A program made the translations under genes and the position numbers. The notes beneath the pieces were generated by a model. It was not told the origin of the DNA, did not search any database, and was given only the letters and a program-made list of their open reading frames with translations. This document shows positions 1 to 8,941 of a stretch of DNA of 38,037 bases, one piece after another. Source of the DNA: an uncultured Rhodopirellula sp. Its GTDB lineage: Bacteria > Planctomycetota > Planctomycetia > Pirellulales > Pirellulaceae. The stretch lies in contig CAXGAI010000043.1 in assembly GCA_964007735.1 (NCBI GenBank), positions 1 to 38,037 of the forward strand, written 5' to 3'. Each line of letters opens with the position of its first letter. Position 1 is the stretch's first letter.

Positions 1-402
1 CATCGAAAGGTGCAAAGAGGCCGAATAAAAGGTAATGCGACACGTGGAAACAAGGTCGTATTCGGAGAGTATGGCCTCCAATCGTTGCAAGCCGGCTGGA
101 TTAAAGCTCAGACCATTGAAGCAGGGCGTATTGCTGCTCAGCAGTATATCCGTGGTGATGGCGGTAAGCTTTACGTACGCATGTTCCCCCATCGTTCAAT
201 CACTTCAACTCCTTTAGAAACTCGAATGGGTAAAGGTAAGGGTGAACCGGAAGCATGGGTGGCAACTGTTAAGCCAGGCACAATTCTTTATGAATTGGGC
301 GGAGTGAGCGAACAACAGGCTCGAGTCTGTTTCGCACGTTTGGCTCATAAGTTGCCAGTAAAAGTACGTCTTGTAAAAGCACGCCCTAAATTGGGCACAT
401 AG
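1..402 (+). CDS. rplP: 50S ribosomal protein L16 (5'-truncated by window edge)
   Basis: Frame open from base 1 ([11 protein letters not shown]); motifs [29 protein letters not shown]; precedes L29. Confidence 0.98.
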   Translation, partial: HRKVQRGRIKGNATRGNKVVFGEYGLQSLQAGWIKAQTIEAGRIAAQQYIRGDGGKLYVRMFPHRSITSTPLETRMGKGKGEPEAWVATVKPGTILYELGGVSEQQARVCFARLAHKLPVKVRLVKARPKLGT

Positions 403-494
403 TTTACCAACTAGTTAGTAAAAAACGGACCGTATCTTCCGCTCACATTTCGGTTAATTAGGATGTCGAAACGGAAGAGGAGAATAAAAGACAG

Positions 495-719
495 ATGAAG
501 GCTCAAGAACTTCGAGACATGACAAACGAGGATCTGCAACAGACCCTTGCTGATACCTCCAAGCGATTGTTTGAACTGCGAGTTCAGGCTCAGGCGGAGC
601 GTTTAGATGCTCCTTCCGAGATCCGCCGTAACCGACGATTGATTGCTCGAATTAAGACCATTCAGACAGAACGGACAACTGAAATCGGAGATGCCGGAGA
701 TGCCGGAGATGCCGAGTAA
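495..719 (+). CDS. rpmC: 50S ribosomal protein L29 with short repeat tail
   Basis: MKAQELRDM...LFELR...IRRNRRLIARIKTI; lies between rplP and rpsQ; GAGGAG upstream. Confidence 0.97.
   Translation: MKAQELRDMTNEDLQQTLADTSKRLFELRVQAQAERLDAPSEIRRNRRLIARIKTIQTERTTEIGDAGDAGDAE
686..714 (+). repeat. 9-bp tandem repeat (CGGAGATGC x3) encoding GDA-GDA-GDA
   Basis: Read directly: 686-694, 695-703, 704-712, then CG. Confidence 0.95.
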
Positions 720-829
720 TTTTACCTCCCAAATGGATTCAATGAAGCTGTTTCCGAGTGAAATAATAAACCGGAAACAAAACGATTAATCAGATTTTAT
801 TTAATTAGAAAACCAAATTAGAGCGAACC

Positions 830-1219
830 ATGCCAAAAAAAGTAGCCGTAGGCGTAGTCATAAGTGACAAGATGAATAAAACTCGTCGAGTAGAAATTGC
901 TCGTCTGATCCGGCACCCACTTTATGGCAAGTACCTGGGCAAACAGACTGTTTGCTACGTCCATGATGAAGACAATATCTCAAATCAGGGAGACCTGGTC
1001 GAGATTATCGAAAGTGCTCGACGAAGTAAAAAGAAACGTTGGGATCTAGTCCGAGTTGTCGACGAAAATACGGAAGTCGACGTGGTGGCTCTGCGAGCTG
1101 CTCAGCGTCAACAGCAACTCGACGCGGAAATCACTGGCATAGGTCTGGTAGAAGAAGCAACGGAAGAAGCAACGGAAGAAGCAACGGAAGAAGCAACGGA
1201 AGAAGCAACGGAAGAATAA
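830..1219 (+). CDS. rpsQ: 30S ribosomal protein S17 with acidic C-terminal extension
   Basis: GVVISDKMNKT, HPLYGKY, HDE, GDLVEIIES...SKKKRW; tail of EEAT repeats. Confidence 0.97.
   Translation: MPKKVAVGVVISDKMNKTRRVEIARLIRHPLYGKYLGKQTVCYVHDEDNISNQGDLVEIIESARRSKKKRWDLVRVVDENTEVDVVALRAAQRQQQLDAEITGIGLVEEATEEATEEATEEATEEATEE
1151..1216 (+). repeat. Perfect 12-bp tandem repeat GAAGAAGCAACG x5.5 (EEAT repeat)
   Basis: Five identical copies 1151-1210 plus GAAGAA before the TAA stop. Confidence 0.98.
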
Positions 1220-1318
1220 AGTAACCAAGAAGGTTGAGCCTCTCACTCATTTGCGAGGTAGAGTTCAGCTTGACCATTTTTAATAACCACAGTTTCAAAT
1301 CGAAATTCGTGTAAAGCA

Positions 1319-1687
1319 ATGATCCAACAAGAAACAAGACTGAATGTAGCGGACAACACTGGGGCGCGAGAAGTTGCCTGTATCAAGGTGCTTGGTGGTT
1401 CACGCCGCCGAACAGCTGGACTCGGTGACGTAATCGTCTGCAGTGTAAAGAGTGTCACTCCTGGTAGCGAGGTTAAGAAGAAGTCGATTGTACGAGCAGT
1501 TATTGTTCGCTGTAAGCAGCCGACTCGCCGAGCAGATGGAAGTTATATCAAATTTGACAGTAACGCAGTTGTATTGATTGATAAAGACGGCAACCCACGG
1601 GGTACTCGTATCTTCGGTGCTGTCGCGCGTGAACTGCGGAGCAACAAGTATATGAGAATTGTCAGCCTCGCAAGTGAGGTAGTGTAA
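1319..1687 (+). CDS. rplN: 50S ribosomal protein L14
   Basis: [16 protein letters not shown]...[13 protein letters not shown]...IVSLASEVV. Confidence 0.99.
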   Translation: MIQQETRLNVADNTGAREVACIKVLGGSRRRTAGLGDVIVCSVKSVTPGSEVKKKSIVRAVIVRCKQPTRRADGSYIKFDSNAVVLIDKDGNPRGTRIFGAVARELRSNKYMRIVSLASEVV

Positions 1688-1689
1688 TA

Positions 1690-2022
1690 ATGAGTATCAA
1701 TAAAGATGACAGAGTTCTTGTCATAGCAGGCAAGGACAAGGGACGTACCGGGACTGTACTGAACGTTGACCGTGTGAGTGAACGCGTGGTTGTTGGCGGA
1801 GTAAACATTGTGAAAAAAACAGTGCGCCGCAGTCAGCAACAGCCTCAAGGTGGGATTATCGACGTGGAACGTCCAATCCACATCTCGAATGTAATGCGAA
1901 TTGACGAAGAGGCTGGTATTGCTAAACGTCAGGGTTCCGAGGGGGCCGGCCGCGAGAAACAACGGGTCTTCAAAGAACACAGCAAGCAGGGTGGCCGTAA
2001 GATTACAACTTCCGACGAGTAA
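1690..2022 (+). CDS. rplX: 50S ribosomal protein L24
   Basis: KOW motif [24 protein letters not shown]-terminus divergent. Confidence 0.97.
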   Translation: MSINKDDRVLVIAGKDKGRTGTVLNVDRVSERVVVGGVNIVKKTVRRSQQQPQGGIIDVERPIHISNVMRIDEEAGIAKRQGSEGAGREKQRVFKEHSKQGGRKITTSDE

Positions 2023-2115
2023 CAATAGGTGTTACGACGCGGGTTAAAAATAAGAAGGAGACTTTCTTCAGCCGATGTGCCAAAACAGTTCGTCGTACAG
2101 AGAAAGTGAAAAGAA

Positions 2116-2664
2116 ATGAAACCAAGACTTCAGGAAAAATATGAAACCGAGATTCGCTCCGCCCTGGCCGAAAGCCAAGCCGGACAGAATGTTCACGCGC
2201 TTCCACGACTGCAAAAAATAGTGGTTAACATGGGTGTGGGAAAAGCGATTGATGACAAAAAGTATTTGGAAATGGCAATCTCAGCCTTAACTGAGGTTAC
2301 CGGTCAAAAGCCAATCATCACTCGTGCTCGCAAATCCATCGCCGGCTTTAAGTTGCGTGAAGGACAGGCAATCGGTGCAAAAGTTACACTTCGTCGCCAA
2401 CGCATGTATGAATTTCTGGATCGTCTGGTTTCAATTGCTCTGCCTCGTGTTCGTGACTTCCGCGGAATCAAGCGTAACGCGTTTGATGGGAATGGAAATT
2501 ACAGCTTGGGTTTGAGTGAACAAACAGTCTTTCCGGAACTCAATCCGGATAAGTACTTGTTACCGCAGGGCATGAATATTTCATTCGTGACCTCGGCCGA
2601 AACCAATGAAGATGCATTGGAGCTGCTGGAAAAATTCGGCATGCCCTTCCAAGCCGCATCATAA
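2116..2664 (+). CDS. rplE: 50S ribosomal protein L5
   Basis: KIVVNMGVG, TGQKP, ARKSIAGFKLREG, LPRVRDFRG. Confidence 0.99.
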   Translation: MKPRLQEKYETEIRSALAESQAGQNVHALPRLQKIVVNMGVGKAIDDKKYLEMAISALTEVTGQKPIITRARKSIAGFKLREGQAIGAKVTLRRQRMYEFLDRLVSIALPRVRDFRGIKRNAFDGNGNYSLGLSEQTVFPELNPDKYLLPQGMNISFVTSAETNEDALELLEKFGMPFQAAS

Positions 2665-2752
2665 CGTAAATAACGTGTGATGAATCTCATAGCCAGCAAG
2701 CTACAAGATTCAATCCTGTTTTTTAGCCCAGCTTTATACCAAAGGAAATAAA

Positions 2753-2938
2753 GTGGCCAGTAAATCAAAAATTGCAAAAGCAAACCGAGTACCGAAGTAC
2801 TCATCCCGTAGTGAGCGACGCTGCCAAATGTGTGGTAGACCTCGTTCTGTGTATCGAAAGTTTGGCATCTGCCGTATTTGTTTCCGCAAATTGGCCGACC
2901 AAGGTTTGATTCCTGGCGTCCGTAAGGCTAGCTGGTAA
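2753..2938 (+). CDS. rpsN: 30S ribosomal protein S14, short zinc-binding (type Z) form
   Basis: 61 aa, CQMCGRPR...FGICRICFR...[12 protein letters not shown] start. Confidence 0.98.
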   Translation: MASKSKIAKANRVPKYSSRSERRCQMCGRPRSVYRKFGICRICFRKLADQGLIPGVRKASW

Positions 2939-2955
2939 AAGGAACTGATATCACC

Positions 2956-3351
2956 ATGATGACCGACCCTATTGCCGACATGTTAACACGGATTCGAAAC
3001 TCCGTAAGTGTTGAGCACCCTGTTACAGATGTTCCGTCCTCTAAGATTAAACGAGGAGTTGCGGAAGTATTGAAGCGAGAAGGTTATATCTGGGACTTCG
3101 AGGAAATCGAAGGAAACCCCGGTAACGTTCTTCGGCTTGAACTTAAATACGGTAACGACGGTGAGCAACTGATTCAGCACATCAAGCGAATCAGTAAGCC
3201 CGGCCGTCGTATTTATGCGAAAGCAAAGGAATTGCGTCCTATTCTAAACGGAATGGGAATTACCGTCATTAGCTCAAGTCAGGGTGTAATCAGCGATCGA
3301 GAAGCGCGTACTCGCGGTATCGGTGGCGAAGTGCTTTGTGAAATTTACTAA
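2956..3351 (+). CDS. rpsH: 30S ribosomal protein S8
   Basis: MTDPIADMLTRIRN, RISKPGRRIY, GGEVLC. Confidence 0.99.
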   Translation: MMTDPIADMLTRIRNSVSVEHPVTDVPSSKIKRGVAEVLKREGYIWDFEEIEGNPGNVLRLELKYGNDGEQLIQHIKRISKPGRRIYAKAKELRPILNGMGITVISSSQGVISDREARTRGIGGEVLCEIY

Positions 3352-3539
3352 GTCATGTTGGATTGAATAAGCAATCCACTTGCCTGGTCGATTTCAAGCT
3401 GAACTTTGATGTTCAATACAACATCTTATTCAGTTCATAAGCCAACACTGGGAATTGAAAATCCAAGTTTGCATAAGTCAATCATTAGAAACAAAGAATA
3501 ACAAGTCAGAAGACAACGAGTCAGAATACGAGTTGCCCC

Positions 3540-4082
3540 ATGTCACGTATAGGTAAAAAACCTGTTGAAATCCTTGCTGGCGTCACTGTGAGTGTCGCTG
3601 GTAGTACTATCAATGTGGAAGGTCCTGAGGGAAAGCTTTCCTTCGAACACCGTCCCGAAGTTACTGTGAAAGTCAACAGTGATGACAATACAGTTCAAGT
3701 TGATCGAGTCAACGAGGAACGAGAATCCCGAGCCTTCCACGGGTTAACCCGTGCATTGATCAACAACATGATCATTGGGGTAAAAGAGGGATACGAAAAA
3801 CGTCTGGAAATCGTCGGTGTTGGTTATAACGGTCAGATTCAGGGTGACACTTTGAAACTGCGGGTTGGATACGCCAATGAATTACAGAAGAAGATTCCAA
3901 CAGGCTTAGACGTTTCCTGCCCGGACAACACACATATTGTTGTCAAAGGTCCCGACAAGCAAAAAGTTGGTCAGTTTGCTGCGGAAGTGCGAGCACTGCG
4001 CAAGCCTGAACCTTACAAAGGTAAAGGGATTCGCTACCAAGGTGAACACGTCAAGATTAAGCCTGGTAAGGCTGCCACTTAA
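3540..4082 (+). CDS. rplF: 50S ribosomal protein L6
   Basis: MSRIGKKPV, HGLTRALINNM, PEPYKGKGIRY. Confidence 0.99.
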   Translation: MSRIGKKPVEILAGVTVSVAGSTINVEGPEGKLSFEHRPEVTVKVNSDDNTVQVDRVNEERESRAFHGLTRALINNMIIGVKEGYEKRLEIVGVGYNGQIQGDTLKLRVGYANELQKKIPTGLDVSCPDNTHIVVKGPDKQKVGQFAAEVRALRKPEPYKGKGIRYQGEHVKIKPGKAAT

Positions 4083-4135
4083 TAGGCCTGGTTAACAAAT
4101 CATTTCAACAGTCAAAACCCAAAAGGGTCTAAACC

Positions 4136-4504
4136 GTGAATAAAAATAAATTTCTCAACAAGCAACGTGAACGTCGAGCATTCCATACTCGAAATCGTCT
4201 GCGTAGCGATTCCGATGCACCTCGTATGTGTGTGACTCGTTCCAACAACAACATCTATTGTCAGATCATCGATGATGAAGCCGGCAAAACACTTGTGGCT
4301 GTAGGAACCCAGAGTAAAGACTTACGTGAAAGCATTGGATACGGCGGAAACGCCGACGCTGCCAGCAAAATCGGGTCTGCCGTGGCTGAAAAGGCTTTGG
4401 CTGCAGGAATCAAGAAGGTTAAGTTTGATCGTGGTGCTAACAAGTACCATGGCCGTCTTGCCGCACTGGCAGATGCTGCACGTGAAGCGGGTTTGGAATT
4501 TTAG
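4136..4504 (+). CDS. rplR: 50S ribosomal protein L18
   Basis: PRMCVTRSNNNIYCQIIDD, FDRG..KYHGR, AREAGLEF. Confidence 0.98.
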   Translation: MNKNKFLNKQRERRAFHTRNRLRSDSDAPRMCVTRSNNNIYCQIIDDEAGKTLVAVGTQSKDLRESIGYGGNADAASKIGSAVAEKALAAGIKKVKFDRGANKYHGRLAALADAAREAGLEF

Positions 4505-4573
4505 GATACTACTAGAAGTAGTCTCCGCGTTCAGCGGAACTACTGGTTTAATTTTTTAGGGAGCAGCCGAATC

Positions 4574-5053
4574 GTGGCTACGAACTCTAACAGCGAATTC
4601 ATCGATCGTGTTATTAAGATCAAACGTTGTGCCGCCGTTGTCAAAGGTGGTCGACGCTTCAGTTTTGCAGCTATGGTCGTCGTAGGTGACGGCAATGGTA
4701 AAGTTGGATGGGGCTATGGCAAAGCCAATGAAGTTCCACCCAGCGTACAAAAAGCAACGAAGCAAGCTCAGAATGGCATGATTTCCGTTCCTGTTCAGGA
4801 CGGTACAATACCCCATCAGATTAAAGGACGTTTTGGAGCTGCCAAGGTAACGCTCATTCCTGCTGGTCCCGGTACCGGGATTATCGCTGGCGCTGCTGTT
4901 CGCAGCGTTTGCGAAGCTGCTGGAATCTCCAATATCCTGACGAAAAGTTTTGGAACCAATAATCCTGTTACGCTCGTAAAGGCGACTATTGAAGCGCTTG
5001 GCAAACTGCGTACAAAGGATGAAGTTCAACGATTACGAGAGGTTAGTCTCTAA
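4574..5053 (+). CDS. rpsE: 30S ribosomal protein S5
   Basis: [37 protein letters not shown]. Confidence 0.99.
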   Translation: MATNSNSEFIDRVIKIKRCAAVVKGGRRFSFAAMVVVGDGNGKVGWGYGKANEVPPSVQKATKQAQNGMISVPVQDGTIPHQIKGRFGAAKVTLIPAGPGTGIIAGAAVRSVCEAAGISNILTKSFGTNNPVTLVKATIEALGKLRTKDEVQRLREVSL

Positions 5054-5538
5054 TGAAACTTCACGATGTAAATGAAGGCGTTCATAAGAATAAGAAACGC
5101 CGTCGTATTGGTCGTGGTCCCGGTAGTGGCTGGGGCAAGACCGCAGGACGTGGGCATAATGGTCAAAAGTCTCGCAGTGGTTGGTCGCAAAAGGCAACCT
5201 TCCAGGGTGGTACGATGCCTATGGTGCGTCGTATCCCGAAACGAGGTTTCAACAATCGCTTTGCGCTGCATGTCGTTACGGTCAATATCAAAGACCTCGA
5301 ACGAACATTCAATGATGGTGATCAGGTAACGCCTGAAACATTAAAAGCACATTCGCTGGCTCAGACTCGCTACGATGTCCTGAAAGTACTCGGGGATGGC
5401 GAATTGACTAAAAAGCTAAATGTGGAAGCGCATCGATTTAGTGGCTCAGCCAAAGAAAAAATTGAAGCTGCCGGCGGTACTGTCACAATTCTGCCAGGCA
5501 AAGCTCCTGTCGTTAAAAATAAAATGGGTGGAGCGTAA
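5053..5538 (+). CDS. rplO: 50S ribosomal protein L15
   Basis: [43 protein letters not shown] overlap with rpsE. Confidence 0.99.
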   Translation: MKLHDVNEGVHKNKKRRRIGRGPGSGWGKTAGRGHNGQKSRSGWSQKATFQGGTMPMVRRIPKRGFNNRFALHVVTVNIKDLERTFNDGDQVTPETLKAHSLAQTRYDVLKVLGDGELTKKLNVEAHRFSGSAKEKIEAAGGTVTILPGKAPVVKNKMGGA

Positions 5539-5637
5539 CAGTTTTAATACTGCTCGACTGAAAGCCGGCGGTATCGGAACTAAAGAGATAAGTCACGAAG
5601 CAACGGGCTGTCTTTCGTATTAATTGGTAACAAAAAG

Positions 5638-6999
5638 ATGTTGGAAAAACTTCGAGTTATATTCACGATCCCGGAACTGAGGAAGAAAATCCTCATTACG
5701 CTGATACTGCTCGGTGTTTATCGTATCGGATACCACATCACTCTGCCTGTAGTCGATCAAGCGGCGATTGCATCCAATGCCTCTGATTCCGGAGCTCTCG
5801 GGGGATTAATTCAACGGGTTTCTGTCTTCTCGGCAAGTAACCTGCAACAGGCAACGATCTTCGGTCTTGGAATTATGCCGTATATTTCGGCATCGATTAT
5901 TTTCCAAATCCTTGGAAGCTTTGTTGCTCCGATTCAGGCTCTGAAAAAAGAGGGGCAGGCGGGGATGAAGAAAATCAACGACTATACACGTTACCTGACG
6001 GTCGTGCTCTGTTTGCTCCAAAGTGCCGTATATGTTTTTGCCTATTTGGATAGTAGCGAATTGATTGATCCGGACTTCCAGAACGCATCCGGCGGGCTGA
6101 GGTTTGGTTGGAGTATTACCTCCATTATGATGATGACCTGCGGTGCCACTTTCCTGATGTGGTTAGGAGAACAGATTGACGAGTATGGTATCGGTAATGG
6201 TATCAGCCTGTTGATTATGGCTGGAATTCTAGCCGCCATGCCTGCTGCTCTGAATGATCTGTTTGCCAACTCTACCTTTGAACTGAAAGGTTTAGGTGGT
6301 GAGGTTGGGGTGGAAACAATGATTCTCCTAGGCTGTGTCTTTGTGGCGGTTGTGGTCGGAGTTGTATTTATTACCATTGGCCAACGCCGTATTCCAACTC
6401 AAAGTGCAAAACATGTTCGAGGACGTCGAGTCTTTGGTGGTACGCGGCAGTATCTACCATTGCGAGTAAACCAGGGCGGAGTGATGCCTATTATCTTCGC
6501 TTCCAGTTTACTCATGGTCCCCGGAATCATGTTTAGTTTCCTGGAACAAGCTATTGGAGCTGAGGGAACGTTAGGTACCGTAATGGCAGGATTGTCTTCG
6601 GCATTTCAGCCTGGTTCTGGATTCCTCTACAACATGATGTATATCGGAATGATTTACTTCTTCTGCTATTTCTGGACAGCTATTACTTTTAACCCAAAAG
6701 AAATGGCTGACAACCTGAAAGAGTATGGGAGTTTTATTCAGGGCTATCGCCCAGGTAAGCGCACTGCCGATTACCTTGAAAAAGTGATGGTTCGAATTAC
6801 TTATGTCGGTGCTGCATTCCTCTCAGTGGTTGCTATTGTTCCAACGCTGGTTGCCAGCTGGTTGAACGTCGATATGCAACTGGCCAGTTTCTACGGTGGA
6901 ACTGGTTTGCTGATTGGTGTGAGCGTCGCCTTTGATCTGGTGCAGAAAATTGATTCTCATCTGGTCATGACAAGTCACAAAGGACTTTTGGAATCCTAA
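5638..6999 (+). CDS. secY: Preprotein translocase subunit SecY
   Basis: IFGLGIMPYISASII, GIGNGISLLI, GVMPIIFASS, RPGKRT, YGGTGLLI; multiple TM segments. Confidence 0.99.
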   Translation: MLEKLRVIFTIPELRKKILITLILLGVYRIGYHITLPVVDQAAIASNASDSGALGGLIQRVSVFSASNLQQATIFGLGIMPYISASIIFQILGSFVAPIQALKKEGQAGMKKINDYTRYLTVVLCLLQSAVYVFAYLDSSELIDPDFQNASGGLRFGWSITSIMMMTCGATFLMWLGEQIDEYGIGNGISLLIMAGILAAMPAALNDLFANSTFELKGLGGEVGVETMILLGCVFVAVVVGVVFITIGQRRIPTQSAKHVRGRRVFGGTRQYLPLRVNQGGVMPIIFASSLLMVPGIMFSFLEQAIGAEGTLGTVMAGLSSAFQPGSGFLYNMMYIGMIYFFCYFWTAITFNPKEMADNLKEYGSFIQGYRPGKRTADYLEKVMVRITYVGAAFLSVVAIVPTLVASWLNVDMQLASFYGGTGLLIGVSVAFDLVQKIDSHLVMTSHKGLLES

Positions 7000-7065
7000 T
7001 ATTGCCTCAGGCATAAACGAAATCAACAGTCCTTCCTTTGAAATAGCAAGCAGGAGAATGAACGA

Positions 7066-7641
7066 ATGATTATAGTCTTCGTTGGACCACCTGGCTCCGG
7101 AAAGGGAACGCAATGCGAATTGCTGGCTGAACACCTTGGTGTGACGCACCTTTCCACAGGAGAGTTATTTCGAGTTCAAATGGAATCAGGGTCGGAATTG
7201 GGGCAAATAGCAGCCAGTTTTATTGACCACGGCAATCTGGTTCCCGACCATGTCACAATTGACATTGTCAAAGAAAGTTTAGGTGAAGCCCAGTTTAATG
7301 TAGGGTGTTTGCTGGACGGTTTCCCCCGTTCGGTACCACAAGCTCAAGCATTAGACGCCATCCTAGCAGAAAATAACTGTCAGGTTGATTTGGTACTCGC
7401 CCTGGACGTTAACCAAAATGTCCTCGTGGATCGTATGCTCGCTCGGAAGCGAAAAGACGATACACTGGAAACCATTCAGCAACGATTCGACGCTTACGAG
7501 CACTTAACTCGACCTTTGCTGAACTATTACCAAAACCGGAATGTTTTGGTGTCTGTCGACGGTAATGGAAATATCGACAGAGTTTTTGAAGGGATTCGCC
7601 GGGCTGTTGCAAATGTTCAATCGAGCAGTTCCAACGCCTAA
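7066..7641 (+). CDS. adk: Adenylate kinase (short-LID type)
   Basis: P-loop GPPGSGKGT, HLSTGELFR, LLDGFPR, RKRKDD; follows secY. Confidence 0.97.
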   Translation: MIIVFVGPPGSGKGTQCELLAEHLGVTHLSTGELFRVQMESGSELGQIAASFIDHGNLVPDHVTIDIVKESLGEAQFNVGCLLDGFPRSVPQAQALDAILAENNCQVDLVLALDVNQNVLVDRMLARKRKDDTLETIQQRFDAYEHLTRPLLNYYQNRNVLVSVDGNGNIDRVFEGIRRAVANVQSSSSNA

Positions 7642-7648
7642 TCATAAT

Positions 7649-7700
7649 GCCTAAACCTGCTTCAATTCGAAGATTTCGCCCCTTGTGGGTAGGTTTAGGC
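7649..7700 (+). other. Stem-loop between adk and rpmJ
   Basis: GCCTAAACCT (7649-7658) is the exact reverse complement of AGGTTTAGGC (7691-7700), extendable by G-U pairs; weak U-tract. Confidence 0.6.
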
Positions 7701-7750
7701 GAAGTTTATACTAACTTACTTGCAATCTGTTTTTTGAGGCCGGTATAGAG

Positions 7751-7867
7751 ATGAAAGTTCGAGCGAGTGTCAAGCGAATTTGCGCGGATTGTAAAATTGT
7801 TCGTCGCAAAGGGCGAGTATACGTTATCTGCAAAAGCAACCCACGTTGTAAGCAGCGACAGGGTTAG
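7751..7867 (+). CDS. rpmJ: 50S ribosomal protein L36 (not in supplied ORF track)
   Basis: Hand translation: [38 protein letters not shown], 38 aa, directly upstream of rpsM. Confidence 0.98.
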   Translation: MKVRASVKRICADCKIVRRKGRVYVICKSNPRCKQRQG

Positions 7868-7991
7868 GCTGAAAGAGGCTGTTTGCATCGGCGGAGAGAT
7901 AGTACGCACTTCAAGATTTTAAGATTACTAATATTTGGCAGAGATTAAGTCATTCTCTGTTTTGCAATAAATTTTACCAAGGAGTATTGGC

Positions 7992-8375
7992 ATGCCACGT
8001 CTTTTAGGTGTGGATATTCCCAACGACAAAAAGACCGTTATTTCTCTGACTTACCTTTATGGAGTCGGACATAAGACGGCGCGCGATCTGTGTCACAAGG
8101 CTAATATTGATCCTTCCACACCGGCTCGCGATTTGGCAGAAGATGAAGTCAGCCGCTTGGCGACGATTCTTGAAGAAGATTACACCGTTGAAGGTCCGCT
8201 ACGCCGACAGGTCCAGCAAAATATTGCTCGACTGCGTAACATCCGAGCTTACCGGGGTATTCGCCATCGTATGGGACTTCCTGTTCGAGGACAAAACACT
8301 CAAACCAACGCTCGTACCCGTAAAGGTCCTAAGAAAACAGTTGCCGGTAAGAAAGGGGTTAAAGACCTCCGCTAA
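7992..8375 (+). CDS. rpsM: 30S ribosomal protein S13
   Basis: MPRLLGVDIP, YRGIRHRMGLPVRGQNTQTNARTRKG; AAGGAG SD. Confidence 0.99.
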   Translation: MPRLLGVDIPNDKKTVISLTYLYGVGHKTARDLCHKANIDPSTPARDLAEDEVSRLATILEEDYTVEGPLRRQVQQNIARLRNIRAYRGIRHRMGLPVRGQNTQTNARTRKGPKKTVAGKKGVKDLR

Positions 8376-8473
8376 CCTTGGAACCTGCAATTTATGCAGA
8401 CCGCGGTTCAGCATTACCCTATACCTTTTGTCAGTGTAGTCACTGATATTCTCAATCAGAGGAGCAATTGGCT

Positions 8474-8854
8474 GTGGCCAAAACTAAAAAACGAAAACCT
8501 CGTCGTAACGTAACCGTTGCTGTCGCTCACGTGAAAGCAACCTTTAACAACACGACAGTAACAATCACCGATACCAAAGGTGATACGCTGTGCTGGGCAA
8601 GTGCAGGCACAAGCGGCTTCAAAGGAAGTCGTAAAAGCACTCCATTTGCTGGTCAGTGTGCTGCTCAACAGGCGGCGGAAAAGGCATTGAAATTCGGTGT
8701 TAAAGAAGTGGACGTTCGAGTAAAAGGACCTGGTAGTGGCCGCGAAAGCGCGATCACGGCATTGCAACAGGCCGGCCTGAACGTGAAAACTATCGAAGAT
8801 CGAACTCCGATTCCTCATAACGGATGCCGTCCACCTAAAAAGCGTCGAGTCTAG
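8474..8854 (+). CDS. rpsK: 30S ribosomal protein S11 (GTG at 8474 preferred over TTG at 8468)
   Basis: [47 protein letters not shown] (8460-8464) is 9 nt from GTG 8474 but only 3 nt from TTG 8468. Confidence 0.98.
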   Translation: MAKTKKRKPRRNVTVAVAHVKATFNNTTVTITDTKGDTLCWASAGTSGFKGSRKSTPFAGQCAAQQAAEKALKFGVKEVDVRVKGPGSGRESAITALQQAGLNVKTIEDRTPIPHNGCRPPKKRRV

Positions 8855-8941
8855 TTTCTAACACAAGCGAACCTCCCTTTTCACTCCCTTCCCATACCGG
8901 GGACACCCAACCCCTTCACGACTATTCGGAGAAACCTGATT

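Noticed and set aside
1151..1216. Possible CRISPR array
   Set aside because: Head-to-tail 12-mers with no spacers, in frame within rpsQ, and no cas genes.
1039..1337. ORFs with FFRC, LLLP and RSNG repeats (1046-1246, 1131-1337, 1039-1224)
   Set aside because: Alternative-frame shadows of the 12-bp repeat in rpsQ.
2023..2160. E. coli-type S8 autoregulatory site at the start of rplE
   Set aside because: I could not identify the characteristic helix by eye; needs an Rfam search.
7720..7749. TTGCAA-N18-TATAGA sigma70-like promoter for rpmJ
   Set aside because: The -10 would end 1 nt before the ATG, putting the start site inside the gene.
7706..7909. 67-aa minus-strand ORF
   Set aside because: Antisense to the clearly recognisable rpmJ.
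8468..8473. TTG start for rpsK from the ORF track
   Set aside because: Too close to the SD; GTG 8474 has proper spacing and gives a typical MAK start.
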